Assembly (NCBI GenBank): GCA_041394025.1
Contig: JAWKJA010000002.1
Span: forward strand, 979,178-1,043,177
Source: Acidimicrobiia bacterium
Lineage (GTDB): Bacteria; Actinomycetota; Acidimicrobiia; IMCC26256; JAOSJL01
DNA length: 64,000 bases
Reading direction: 5' to 3'
Shown: positions 26,665-35,214 of the stretch, in pieces
Layout: the number at the start of each line of letters is the position of its first letter
Position numbering within the stretch: the stretch's first letter is position 1
Notes under the pieces: model-generated
The model's database searches: none
Told to the model about the DNA's origin: nothing
Seen by the model: only the letters and a program-made list of their open reading frames with translations
Translations under genes and position numbers: made by a program

Positions 26665-27500
26665 GCGTCGAGCCCGAACGCGGCCAGCGCGTTGTCGCAC
26701 AGGAACTTCCGGGTCACATCGTCGGAGAGCCCGAGCGCTCCGACCTGGGTCAGACACCGCTCGAAGTCGAGGATCGGCCAGTCGGAGGCCCAGATGCACG
26801 TGTCGGATCCGAACGTCTTCAGGAAGTGCACGAAGCTGTCGGGGAAGTGCTTGGGCAGGTGGGCGCTCGTGTCGATCCACACGTTGGGGTGCTTCCAGGC
26901 GATGGCGAGCATCTCCTCGGTCCACGGCCAACCGATGTGGCCGGCCACGATGTGGAGTTCGGGAAAATCGACGGCGATGCGGTCGATGAGGAGCGGGCGC
27001 CCGGTGTGGGAGCTGTAGGTGGGTGGTCCGGTGTTGCCGACCTGGAACTGCACGGCGACGCCCAGATCGACGCAGGCCGCATACAGCGGGTACCACTGCG
27101 CCTCGGTGGGCTCCCTGTCGAGCAGGAACGGCTCCATCTTGAGCCCGCGAAAGCCCAGCACCTCCACCTGGCGGCGCAGCTCCTCCACCGCGGCCATCAC
27201 GCCGTCGGGTGTGTAGGGGTTGGCGGTCCCGATGCCGACGAGCCGGTCGGGCCAGCGGCGAACAGCCTCGTCCACGGCCTCGACGGGAATCAGGGGTCCC
27301 GCCGAACAGAGGGCCCGGTCCACGCCGGCGGCGTCCATCCCCTCCACGATCGCCTCGAGCGGCAGGCCACTGCGGATGGCGCTGCTGCCCCCGTATCTGT
27401 CGAGAAGAGCGAAGTTCCGCTCAGGCATGCCGCGCACGATCTCCGGCGTCCAGGGCTGGACCCAGGCGTCGATGACGGGGTGGCCGAACGAGCGCGTCAC
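26661..27500 (-). CDS. Amidohydrolase-2 family protein
   Basis: 279 aa. VIDAWVQPW N-terminus, AGHIGWPW and CIWASDWP motifs. Confidence 0.8.
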   Translation of the reverse strand: MTRSFGHPVIDAWVQPWTPEIVRGMPERNFALLDRYGGSSAIRSGLPLEAIVEGMDAAGVDRALCSAGPLIPVEAVDEAVRRWPDRLVGIGTANPYTPDGVMAAVEELRRQVEVLGFRGLKMEPFLLDREPTEAQWYPLYAACVDLGVAVQFQVGNTGPPTYSSHTGRPLLIDRIAVDFPELHIVAGHIGWPWTEEMLAIAWKHPNVWIDTSAHLPKHFPDSFVHFLKTFGSDTCIWASDWPILDFERCLTQVGALGLSDDVTRKFLCDNALAAFGLDA

Positions 27501-27596
27501 GCCAGAGAGGGTGCGTCGTGTGTCATCGTTTCAATAATCTCCCTGATTCGGGGCCCGGTCAAACCTGGGCCCATCCGCCGACTCGAGGACGCCATC

Positions 27597-28013
27597 ATGA
27601 CCCGTCGCAGCCACCACGTCGCCTGCATCACCCACGACCGCGAGAAGGTGATCGAGTTCCTGACAGAGGTCGTCGGCCTGGAGCGGCAGATGGAACTCCA
27701 TGCCCCGCCGGAGTCGTGCACCGCGATTCTCGGGTGGCCCGACGACAACCCCGGCGCTGACGGGACGATGCTCGGAGAGGGCCCGGGTGGGATCGTCGAG
27801 GTGATCCAGATCCCCGAGGCGATCGCCGACAACGTCGAGCCGGGAATCGCACTGGCAAGCTTCGCCAGCAGGAACATCGAGGAACAGCTCGCGGCGTGCG
27901 CTGAACGCGGCATCGCGACCTCGGATCTCATCGAGACCGAGGAGCTCGGGATGGCGGGTGCGGTCGCACACGTGGGCGGCCTCGACTTCGAGCTGGTCCG
28001 CTTCGGGAGCTGA
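27597..28013 (+). CDS. VOC (glyoxalase/bleomycin resistance/dioxygenase) family protein
   Basis: ATG at 27597 within track ORF 26826..28013. 138 aa; HHVACITHDREKVIEFLTEVVGL is typical of a VOC beta-alpha-beta-beta-beta module. Confidence 0.65.
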   Translation: MTRRSHHVACITHDREKVIEFLTEVVGLERQMELHAPPESCTAILGWPDDNPGADGTMLGEGPGGIVEVIQIPEAIADNVEPGIALASFASRNIEEQLAACAERGIATSDLIETEELGMAGAVAHVGGLDFELVRFGS

Positions 28014-28025
28014 CGACGGACTGCC

Positions 28026-29567
28026 TCAGAAGATCGATTCGACCGGGAGCTCCTCCGCCCGAGGTTCCACGAGGCTGTCGCGCAGGTCCGCCACGAGGTC
28101 GCTACGCAACGCCGCCCGCGCGGGGTCGTCCCAGAGGTTGATCCGCTGGAGCGGATCCTCGGACACGTCGTAGAGCTCACCCTCGGTGCCGTCGCAGAAC
28201 TCACTTGGTTCGTAGACCGTGCACAGCAGACCGTCGCGAAAGATCGACCGCATCGGGTAGTCGTAGCCCGGGAGGGTCCAGTCCCACTCGGTGAGCACGC
28301 GCTCGCGGCTCGATCCGGGGACCGCTGGGAGGGGATTTCCCTGCATCCAGTCGGGTACGGGGAGGCCGGCGATCTCGCAGAACGTGGGCGCCAAGTCCAC
28401 CTGACCGACCGGTTCGGGGACCTCGGCCGGGGTCACGGCGGCGACCGGTGCCGGTTGCCAGATGAAGGGAAGCCGCATGAGCGCATCGACGTGGAACGGT
28501 CCCTTGAAGATGAGGCCGAAGTCGCCCTGCATCTCCCCGTGGTCTGTCGTGAAGAAGACGTCGGTGCGGTCGCACCACCCGCGCGCGTCGATCTCGTCGA
28601 GGACCCGACCGCAGGCCCGGTCGATCAGTTCGTTCTCGGCGTGGACGAGCGCATTGATCTCGCGCACCATGTCGTGGCTGAGCTGTCGGGGCTCGTAGGG
28701 CGGCCCGAACTGGTTGCCGACAGCGGCATCAAAGGCCTCCATCCACTGGCGGGGGCGGTTCGCCAGAATCGCCTCGGTGGCCTCGATGGAACCCGGATGT
28801 CCCACCGGTAGCTCGAGTTCCTGCCACGGGATCTCCCGGGCCGCGGACTCGGGTGGGTCCCACGGGCTGTGCGGGTCGGGGAAGCTCATCCACACGAACC
28901 AGTTGTCGTCGACGGCGAAGCCCTGGAGCACATCGATCGTCCGTTGCGCCACCCAATCGGTGTGGTAGGCCTCCACGGGCATCGGGTTGTACCGGGTGTC
29001 GGGCGCGCCCGTGTCACCGAAGGTGGCGTTGCGGTCGTCGATGTCAAAGGCGTAGAAGCCCTCGCTTGCTCCGGGATGGTTCTGGTCGAGCCAGTGGTCG
29101 TAGTGGAACTGGCCCTTCCAGTAGCCGTGGCATGCGGTTTCGAAGTGGTCAAATCCCCGGTACGGACCGGTGGAGCCCTCGCCGGCCATCCGGTTCTCCG
29201 GCCACGCGTAGCTCCCGTCGAAATCGGGTGCCAGCAGCGCCTTGTCGATGTTGGGCTCGAAGTGCGCCTTACCGATCAGTGCCGTGCGGTAGTCCGCCCG
29301 GGCTCGGAGATACCCGGCGACGGTGGGGGCGTCGGGAGGTAGGGCGATGCCGTTCTGGATGACGCCGTGCGTTCGCGGGTACTGCCCCGTCAGGATCGTG
29401 GAGCGCGCCGGCGAGCACACCGTGTTCTGGCAGTGGGCTCGTGTGTAGTTCAGTCCGCGCTCGGCGAGACCGTCGGCAACGGGGGTGCGTGCGACCGCGC
29501 CCCCGTTCACACCGAGGGAGTCGAAGCGCTGCTGATCAGTGGTGATGAGCAGGATGTTGCGCCGCAC
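28026..29567 (-). CDS. Cys-type sulfatase (arylsulfatase family) with no signal peptide
   Basis: 513 aa. NILLITTDQQR starts at residue 4. CSPARSTILTG is the formylglycine motif (CxPxR). GTG start. Confidence 0.9.
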   Translation of the reverse strand: MRRNILLITTDQQRFDSLGVNGGAVARTPVADGLAERGLNYTRAHCQNTVCSPARSTILTGQYPRTHGVIQNGIALPPDAPTVAGYLRARADYRTALIGKAHFEPNIDKALLAPDFDGSYAWPENRMAGEGSTGPYRGFDHFETACHGYWKGQFHYDHWLDQNHPGASEGFYAFDIDDRNATFGDTGAPDTRYNPMPVEAYHTDWVAQRTIDVLQGFAVDDNWFVWMSFPDPHSPWDPPESAAREIPWQELELPVGHPGSIEATEAILANRPRQWMEAFDAAVGNQFGPPYEPRQLSHDMVREINALVHAENELIDRACGRVLDEIDARGWCDRTDVFFTTDHGEMQGDFGLIFKGPFHVDALMRLPFIWQPAPVAAVTPAEVPEPVGQVDLAPTFCEIAGLPVPDWMQGNPLPAVPGSSRERVLTEWDWTLPGYDYPMRSIFRDGLLCTVYEPSEFCDGTEGELYDVSEDPLQRINLWDDPARAALRSDLVADLRDSLVEPRAEELPVESIF

Positions 29568-29587
29568 GTTGGTTCCGGTCGGGCGGA

Positions 29588-30739
29588 TCAGGAGAACTCG
29601 ACGGGAACCGACTCGAAACCGCGCATCACGGGGCCGTGCATATGGCGCCGGCGGGCGCTCCGCGGGTCGACGGTGAACGGGGGGACCCGGGCGAGGAGCT
29701 CCTCCACCGCCACCCTGTGCTCCAGGCGCACGAGCGGTGCTCCGAGGCAGAAGTGCGGCCCCGCGGCAAACGTGAGATGGGGATTCGGGCTGCGGGTGAT
29801 GTCGAACTCATCGGGCGCCGAGACGGCATCGGGATCGCGGTTGGCAGACCCGAGGAGGACGAGCACGACATCGCCCTCCCTCATCGTCTCTCCGTGGAGC
29901 TCTACCTCGCGGCGCAGTGTCCGGATATCACCCTGCACCGGCGCGTCGAATCGGAGAAGCTCTTCCATGGCGTCGGGAATCAACGCGGGATCGTCGCGGA
30001 GCTGTTGCTGGAGATCAGGGCGGGTGCCGAGGTAGTAGGCGATGTTGCTCATGTGGAAGACGGTTGTTTCGATACCGGCGAAGAACAGCAGCAGGATCAT
30101 GCCGATCTGCTCCTCCGTCGCCAGCGTCTCGCCGTCGATCTCGGCCTCGACCATGGCCGTGAGCATGTCGTCACGTGGATCTGCGCGACGCTCCTCGAGC
30201 GCCTCGCCGAAGTACGAATAGCAGGCCATCAGGGCATCGACCGCTTCCTGGGTCCCGGGCTTGCCGAGCATGTCGTCGGCCCAGGCGCGGAACTGCTCAC
30301 GTTCCTCGGCGGGGACTCCGACGATGTCGGAGATCGCACGGACCGGCACGACATCGGCGAACGCCGGCACGAGATCGACTCGGGACTCCCCCGCGAAGTC
30401 GCCGATGAACTCGACGACGCTGTCGCGCAGGCGATCTTCCAGGGCGGCGACACGCCGCGGCGTGAACGCGCGGCTCACGAGGCTCCGCAGGCGCGTGTGC
30501 TCCGGCGGGTCGGACGTCACCATCGTGGGTGGAGCGTCGTCGACGTTCCCACCGAGGATGATGCCGCCCGCGTTCGAAAAGGTCGCGTGGTCCCGCAGCG
30601 CCTCACGCACGTCGGCATCACGTGAGATGGCGAAGAACCGTCCCTCGGGGTCCCGGTAACAGGGGTACTCGTTCCGCATGACCTCGTAGATCGGAAACGG
30701 GTTGTCCTGGACAGTGTGGTCGTACGGGTCGTACAGCAT
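29588..30739 (-). CDS. Cytochrome P450
   Basis: ATG at 30739 preceded by AGGAGG. FAAGPHFCLGAPL heme loop, EELLRFD and AGIETT motifs. 383 aa. Confidence 0.9.
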   Translation of the reverse strand: MLYDPYDHTVQDNPFPIYEVMRNEYPCYRDPEGRFFAISRDADVREALRDHATFSNAGGIILGGNVDDAPPTMVTSDPPEHTRLRSLVSRAFTPRRVAALEDRLRDSVVEFIGDFAGESRVDLVPAFADVVPVRAISDIVGVPAEEREQFRAWADDMLGKPGTQEAVDALMACYSYFGEALEERRADPRDDMLTAMVEAEIDGETLATEEQIGMILLLFFAGIETTVFHMSNIAYYLGTRPDLQQQLRDDPALIPDAMEELLRFDAPVQGDIRTLRREVELHGETMREGDVVLVLLGSANRDPDAVSAPDEFDITRSPNPHLTFAAGPHFCLGAPLVRLEHRVAVEELLARVPPFTVDPRSARRRHMHGPVMRGFESVPVEFS

Positions 30740-30747
30740 GGCGCCTC

Positions 30748-31620
30748 CTAGAGCGGATGGATCCCGAAACCGGCGAGCGCGACCGAGAGGTCCTCGGTGA
30801 ACTGCTTCCCGGTGAAGACGTCGGGTGAGTTGCCGGTGGCCGAACAGTTGACCCACGCGTCGATGTGACACGGGTCGGCTGTGAGGCGCCGGTGGCCGAT
30901 GAAGTCGACGCCGCGGCGGAAGCGCTTGTAGAACGTAAGTGGCGTCACCTGAAGAGGACCGTCCTCGTAGTACGCGACACGGCGGTCGTCGACGAGGAAC
31001 TCGACGTCGCGGTTCGGGAACCACCGGAAGCGAAGGTCGTGCGGCTCCGAGAAGTCCACGTCGGGGAGAACTGCGTTGAAGTTCAGGCCGGTGTTGAAGT
31101 CGATGACCGACGCCACGAAGCGCCGCTGTTTCCACGAGCGGTTGAACAGAGCCGGCACGAAACCGCTGCCGCCCAGGTAGACGATCGACACGCCCATGAA
31201 AGCAGGTCGATTCTCGCGGCTCTCGAGCCCGCGCCAGGACTGGAACGTCGCGCCGGCGGTGACGGTCTCGTCGGCGGCACGGCCGTCGACGAAGTGGGGT
31301 GAGGCAAGGAAGCCCCGGAACGCCGCCTCGCGCCCCGGAACCACGACGCGATCGGAGCCCTCGGCGAGCATCCGGTCGAGATTCGCCTGGTCGAAGCGGG
31401 GACTCGACGCCACCTCGGTCGTGCTGTACCGGTCGTCGGACGTGTGCTCCGGACCGAGAGGCAGGACGAGGCGTGACCCGTCGTGGTGGATCCGGGACGG
31501 CGCTGTCGGAGTCGGCTCCACGTGCCACGACTCGCGCGCAGCGGTGATCTCCACGATGTCGTAGTCGCCACGCGACAGGCCTCCCTTGATGTCGCTGTCG
31601 AATGTCACGTCGTAGGCCAC
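30748..31620 (-). CDS. Hypothetical protein (290 aa), no family recognised
   Basis: GTG at 31620 is preceded by GAGGAG and lies 13 nt after the LLM stop. Its own stop is 8 nt before the P450 start. Codon usage matches its neighbours. The C-terminal part is beta-strand-rich (RFRWFPNRDVEFLVDDRRVAYYEDG). Confidence 0.55.
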   Translation of the reverse strand: MAYDVTFDSDIKGGLSRGDYDIVEITAARESWHVEPTPTAPSRIHHDGSRLVLPLGPEHTSDDRYSTTEVASSPRFDQANLDRMLAEGSDRVVVPGREAAFRGFLASPHFVDGRAADETVTAGATFQSWRGLESRENRPAFMGVSIVYLGGSGFVPALFNRSWKQRRFVASVIDFNTGLNFNAVLPDVDFSEPHDLRFRWFPNRDVEFLVDDRRVAYYEDGPLQVTPLTFYKRFRRGVDFIGHRRLTADPCHIDAWVNCSATGNSPDVFTGKQFTEDLSVALAGFGIHPL

Positions 31621-31633
31621 GGCGCTCCTCGGC

Positions 31634-32701
31634 TCACCCGAGAACGAGCTCGGCCATGGTGGCGAGGTCGTTCTCGTCGGCATGGATCGCGAGCTTGTCG
31701 GGGCCCGTCGGGATCAGCAAGGTCGTGACGCACGTCTCGCGCCAGCGCTCGAGGTCGTCGCGGATCTTCTCGGCCGGGCCGACCAGTGCCACGTCCTCGA
31801 CCATCTCAGCGGGCACCACGGCGAATGCCTCATCGTGCTCTCCGGCCAGATAGTGCTCGCGGATCTTTTCGGCCTCGGCTTCGTAGCCCATGCGGCATGC
31901 AAGCTCGAAGTGGAAGTTCCGCTCGCGAGCCCCCATCCCGCCGATGTACAGCGCGAGGAGTGGGCGCAACGAGTCGACCTGCGCCTCCACATCGTCGCCG
32001 ATGGCCGTGGGGATGCCCAAGACCACCTCGAAGTCGTCCTGGGTCCGGCGGGCGCCGGGTCGGGCGAAGCCCTCGGCGAGGCGCTCGCGGTACCACCCGT
32101 CGAGGCGGGTCGAGAGGAACATGGCGAACCAGCCGTCGGCGATCTCACCGGCAAGCGCCACGTTCTTCGGGCCCTCGGCGCCGAGAAGGATCGGCAGGTC
32201 GGTGCGCCGCGGGTGGATCGTCGACTTCAAGGCCTTCGCGAGGCCCGTGCCGCCGGGGTACGGCAACGGGTAGTGCTTCCCGTCGAAGCACACGGGCTCC
32301 TCACGCGCGACGATCCGCCGGACGATCTCGACGTATTCCCGGGTGCGCCCGAGGGGTGGTTCGAACGGCCGTCCGTACCATCCTTCGACGACCTGCGGTC
32401 CCGACACGCCCAGTCCGAGCACGAACCGACCGTCGCTCAGGTGGTCCATGGTCATCGCAGCCATCGCCGCTGACGTCGGCGGGCGGGCCGCCATCTGCGC
32501 GATCCCGGTCCCCAGGCGCATCCCCGGCACGACCGTGGTGAGCGCGGCCAGGGGCGTCAAGGCGTCGGAGCCGTACACCTCTCCCAGCCAGACCGACTCG
32601 TACCCGAGGTCGCAGGCCCTGCGCACGAGCGTGAACGTGTCGTCGGGTGGGCCGGACCCCCAGTACGTGAGGTGCAGACCGAGTTTCAGCTCGTGACCCA
32701 C
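31634..32701 (-). CDS. LLM-class (luciferase-like) F420-dependent oxidoreductase
   Basis: 355 aa. LGYESVWLGEVYGSDA, RFVLGLGVSGPQVVEGWYG and LGAEGPKNVALAGEIADGW motifs. GTG start 3 nt after the upstream stop. Confidence 0.85.
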   Translation of the reverse strand: MGHELKLGLHLTYWGSGPPDDTFTLVRRACDLGYESVWLGEVYGSDALTPLAALTTVVPGMRLGTGIAQMAARPPTSAAMAAMTMDHLSDGRFVLGLGVSGPQVVEGWYGRPFEPPLGRTREYVEIVRRIVAREEPVCFDGKHYPLPYPGGTGLAKALKSTIHPRRTDLPILLGAEGPKNVALAGEIADGWFAMFLSTRLDGWYRERLAEGFARPGARRTQDDFEVVLGIPTAIGDDVEAQVDSLRPLLALYIGGMGARERNFHFELACRMGYEAEAEKIREHYLAGEHDEAFAVVPAEMVEDVALVGPAEKIRDDLERWRETCVTTLLIPTGPDKLAIHADENDLATMAELVLG

Positions 32702-32704
32702 GGT

Positions 32705-33928
32705 TCAGTGCCGACGATCGCGCGTCAGGTTCGGGATCTCGACGGGCCCCGCATCACGTGACGGGAGGATGACCGTGGCGTCGCCGTGCGCTGTCGTCTC
32801 GTCGCGCTGGTCGACACAGCTCAGCGCCACGTCGGCCACGCGGTGGCCGCTCTCCTCCCGCACGTCCTTCACTCGTCCGCGCACCCAGGTCGTGTCACCG
32901 ATGAAGTTGAAGCGGTCGAGGCGGTTCCAGAAGCGCCAGAGAAAGGCGTCGTCACCCATCCAGTCGGTGACGGCCTGGATCATCCACGCGGTGCGCATGA
33001 AGCCGTAGTCATAGCGGAACGGCGCACCCACCTCGGCTGCCCAGTCGTCCTCCCAGTGCAGGCGTTGCACGACGTCCCAGGCGCCGTGCCGGTTCTTCGT
33101 CCAGAAGTTGGGCATCTTCTGGCGGTGCTTGTAGCCGAGGCGCAGCGGTCCGAAGTTGTAGCCGCCCCAGCCCCACCCGGAGTGCATGGCGATGATGTCG
33201 GTGGTCGTGAGAGGGCCCTTGACCCGTTGGTCGATCTCGTCCCCCGGTTTCACGTCCTCCCACCACCGCGGCTTGTCGCCCCGCGGTTCCTCCCTCGCGT
33301 ACTGGGCGTCGATCTCGGTGAGGTCGTCGTCGGTGTAGTGCGCCTCCTCGTAGTCGTCGAACTTCCCCGTCTGGGCCGCCTTGCGGCGCTCGGCGCGCAC
33401 GAACCACTCGTGCTGGAACACGACGGGGCGCCCGTGCTGATTGGTCCAGTCGAGCTCGTGGTGGGTGATCACGGTCTGGCCGGCGAACTCCGACTCCTTG
33501 ACCTCCACGTCGGCAAGGACGGCGTGGAAGTCGAGGGTGTCGTCGGGACGGATGTGGTCGCCCCACTCGATCTCGGTCCCCGCGTGGAACAGGTGCACGC
33601 CCGACAGCGCCCCACGGCTCGCCTCCTTCACTTCCGGGGGAAGAGGAGGTGACTGATCCTCCCCCATCGTCATGTAGAAGAGCGGCGGCGCCAGGGTCGT
33701 GCCCCACCGCGTCGTGGCGCCGTACCCGGGGTCGCACCACATCGGGTTGTCGTCGCCGCAGCCGTGGGCGAAATGGCGGATGGCGTCCTGTGTGGCCACC
33801 TCGTTCCACTGGTACGTGTAGCCCAGTGCGTAGCCGACCTTGGCGCGGAGCTTGTCGAGCTGCTCGTCGTCGATACGCGCCCCGACACGCTTCTCTCGTT
33901 GCTCGTCGGTCTCAGCCCGATCCGTCAT
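32705..33928 (-). CDS. Double-hotdog (FAS1-like N-terminal plus MaoC-like) acyl dehydratase/hydratase
   Basis: 407 aa. The N-terminal half has IRHFAHGCGDDNPMW. The C-terminal half ends with a hotdog-like FIGDTTWVRGRVKDVRE...VALSCVDQRDETTAHGDATVILP. Confidence 0.75.
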   Translation of the reverse strand: MTDRAETDEQREKRVGARIDDEQLDKLRAKVGYALGYTYQWNEVATQDAIRHFAHGCGDDNPMWCDPGYGATTRWGTTLAPPLFYMTMGEDQSPPLPPEVKEASRGALSGVHLFHAGTEIEWGDHIRPDDTLDFHAVLADVEVKESEFAGQTVITHHELDWTNQHGRPVVFQHEWFVRAERRKAAQTGKFDDYEEAHYTDDDLTEIDAQYAREEPRGDKPRWWEDVKPGDEIDQRVKGPLTTTDIIAMHSGWGWGGYNFGPLRLGYKHRQKMPNFWTKNRHGAWDVVQRLHWEDDWAAEVGAPFRYDYGFMRTAWMIQAVTDWMGDDAFLWRFWNRLDRFNFIGDTTWVRGRVKDVREESGHRVADVALSCVDQRDETTAHGDATVILPSRDAGPVEIPNLTRDRRH

Positions 33929-34020
33929 CGACGCCTCTGCCTCCGCCCGGGTACCATCCGTTAGACAATTTAGCTACTTTCTCTCCAGACCACGAGAGCC
34001 GGAGAACGGACGCGACGGAC

Positions 34021-35202
34021 ATGACCGATACGGCGGGCCCGACCCCCCCTCCCGACGCGGACTACGACCCACTGGCGCCACCCGCGGACCCGTGGCCGGC
34101 CTTGGCCGAGATCGCCGAGGAATGCCCGGTGGCGCACATGCCCTCGGGGCTGGTCCTCGTGACGACACGCGACCGGGTCCGTCGCGTCTTTCGCGACGAC
34201 ACGACCTTCAGCTCCCGGCCCATACGCCCGGTGCCCGAGGACGAGGTCCAGCACATCGTCCATCTGGACGGCGCCGAGCACGTCCGGATCCGCCGACTGA
34301 TCAGCCAGGCGTTCACCGAGAAGTCGGTCGTCGACAGCGAGCCCCGGATCAGGGAGATCACGGGCGAGCTGCTGGACGGCTTCGCGGGGCGCGGTTCTGC
34401 TGACCTGGTCGCCGAGCTCACTGCCCCGATGCCCGCCATCGTCTTCTCCGAGATCCTCGGAATCCCTCCCGAGGACCGTGAGCAGTACCTCGAATGGGCC
34501 GACGACGCCATCGCCAACAACGACAAGGAAGGCGGTGCCACCACCGATGCCGAATTCCGCGAGTACATCCTGTCCCGCATCTCGGAGTACCGGGCACGAC
34601 AGGGTCCAGGACTGATCAGTAGTCTCGTCCACACCGAGGTCGACCAGGACTCGCTCAGCGACCCGGAGCTCGTCGCCATGGTGCGGATCCTCATCATCGC
34701 GGGAACCGAGACCACAGCGAACCTCATGGCCACGATGTTCCACCAGGTGCTGCGCGAGCCCGGCCTGGCAGAGAGAATTCGGGGCGACAGAGACCTTCTT
34801 CCCCGGGTCGTCGAGGAATCGCTGCGTATCGATCCGCCGCTCAACTGGGTCCCTCGCGTCGCCGCCATCGACACGGAGTTCGACGGCGTCGCGATCCCCG
34901 AGGGCGGCGTGGTGGCCGCCTGCGTGGGCCATGCCAACCACGACCGCTCGGAGATCAGCCACCCGGAAACGTTCGACGTCGACCGCCCTGACGAGGAGCT
35001 GCTCCACTTCACGTTCGGTCACGGGGTCCACTTCTGTGTCGGCGCTCCGTTGGCCCGCCTCGAAGCCCGGATCGCCCTCGAGATGACGCTGGACCGCTTC
35101 AGCGACCTGCGGATCGCCGATAGCTACGAGTTCGCGCCCCGAGGGCCGATGATGATGCGCGGCTGCGCCGATCTCCCCGTGGTGTTCACGCCCGAGAACT
35201 GA
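34021..35202 (+). CDS. Cytochrome P450
   Basis: ATG at 34021 within track ORF 33649..35202. FGHGVHFCVGAPLA heme loop, EESLRID and AGTETT motifs. 393 aa. Confidence 0.9.
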   Translation: MTDTAGPTPPPDADYDPLAPPADPWPALAEIAEECPVAHMPSGLVLVTTRDRVRRVFRDDTTFSSRPIRPVPEDEVQHIVHLDGAEHVRIRRLISQAFTEKSVVDSEPRIREITGELLDGFAGRGSADLVAELTAPMPAIVFSEILGIPPEDREQYLEWADDAIANNDKEGGATTDAEFREYILSRISEYRARQGPGLISSLVHTEVDQDSLSDPELVAMVRILIIAGTETTANLMATMFHQVLREPGLAERIRGDRDLLPRVVEESLRIDPPLNWVPRVAAIDTEFDGVAIPEGGVVAACVGHANHDRSEISHPETFDVDRPDEELLHFTFGHGVHFCVGAPLARLEARIALEMTLDRFSDLRIADSYEFAPRGPMMMRGCADLPVVFTPEN

Positions 35203-35214
35203 CGGACGACGACG

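Noticed and set aside
29588-31528. Very long N-terminal extensions in the ORF track, including 29588..31528, 20918..22585, 36398..38026, 7644..9173, 23305..24834, 56774..59575, 1346..3175 and 33649..35202.
   Set aside because: The extensions are Arg/Pro-rich, overlap the upstream gene's coding region, and precede an internal ATG/GTG/TTG that abuts the upstream stop or has an RBS. The recognisable domain begins right after that internal start. I trimmed the genes rather than calling fusions.
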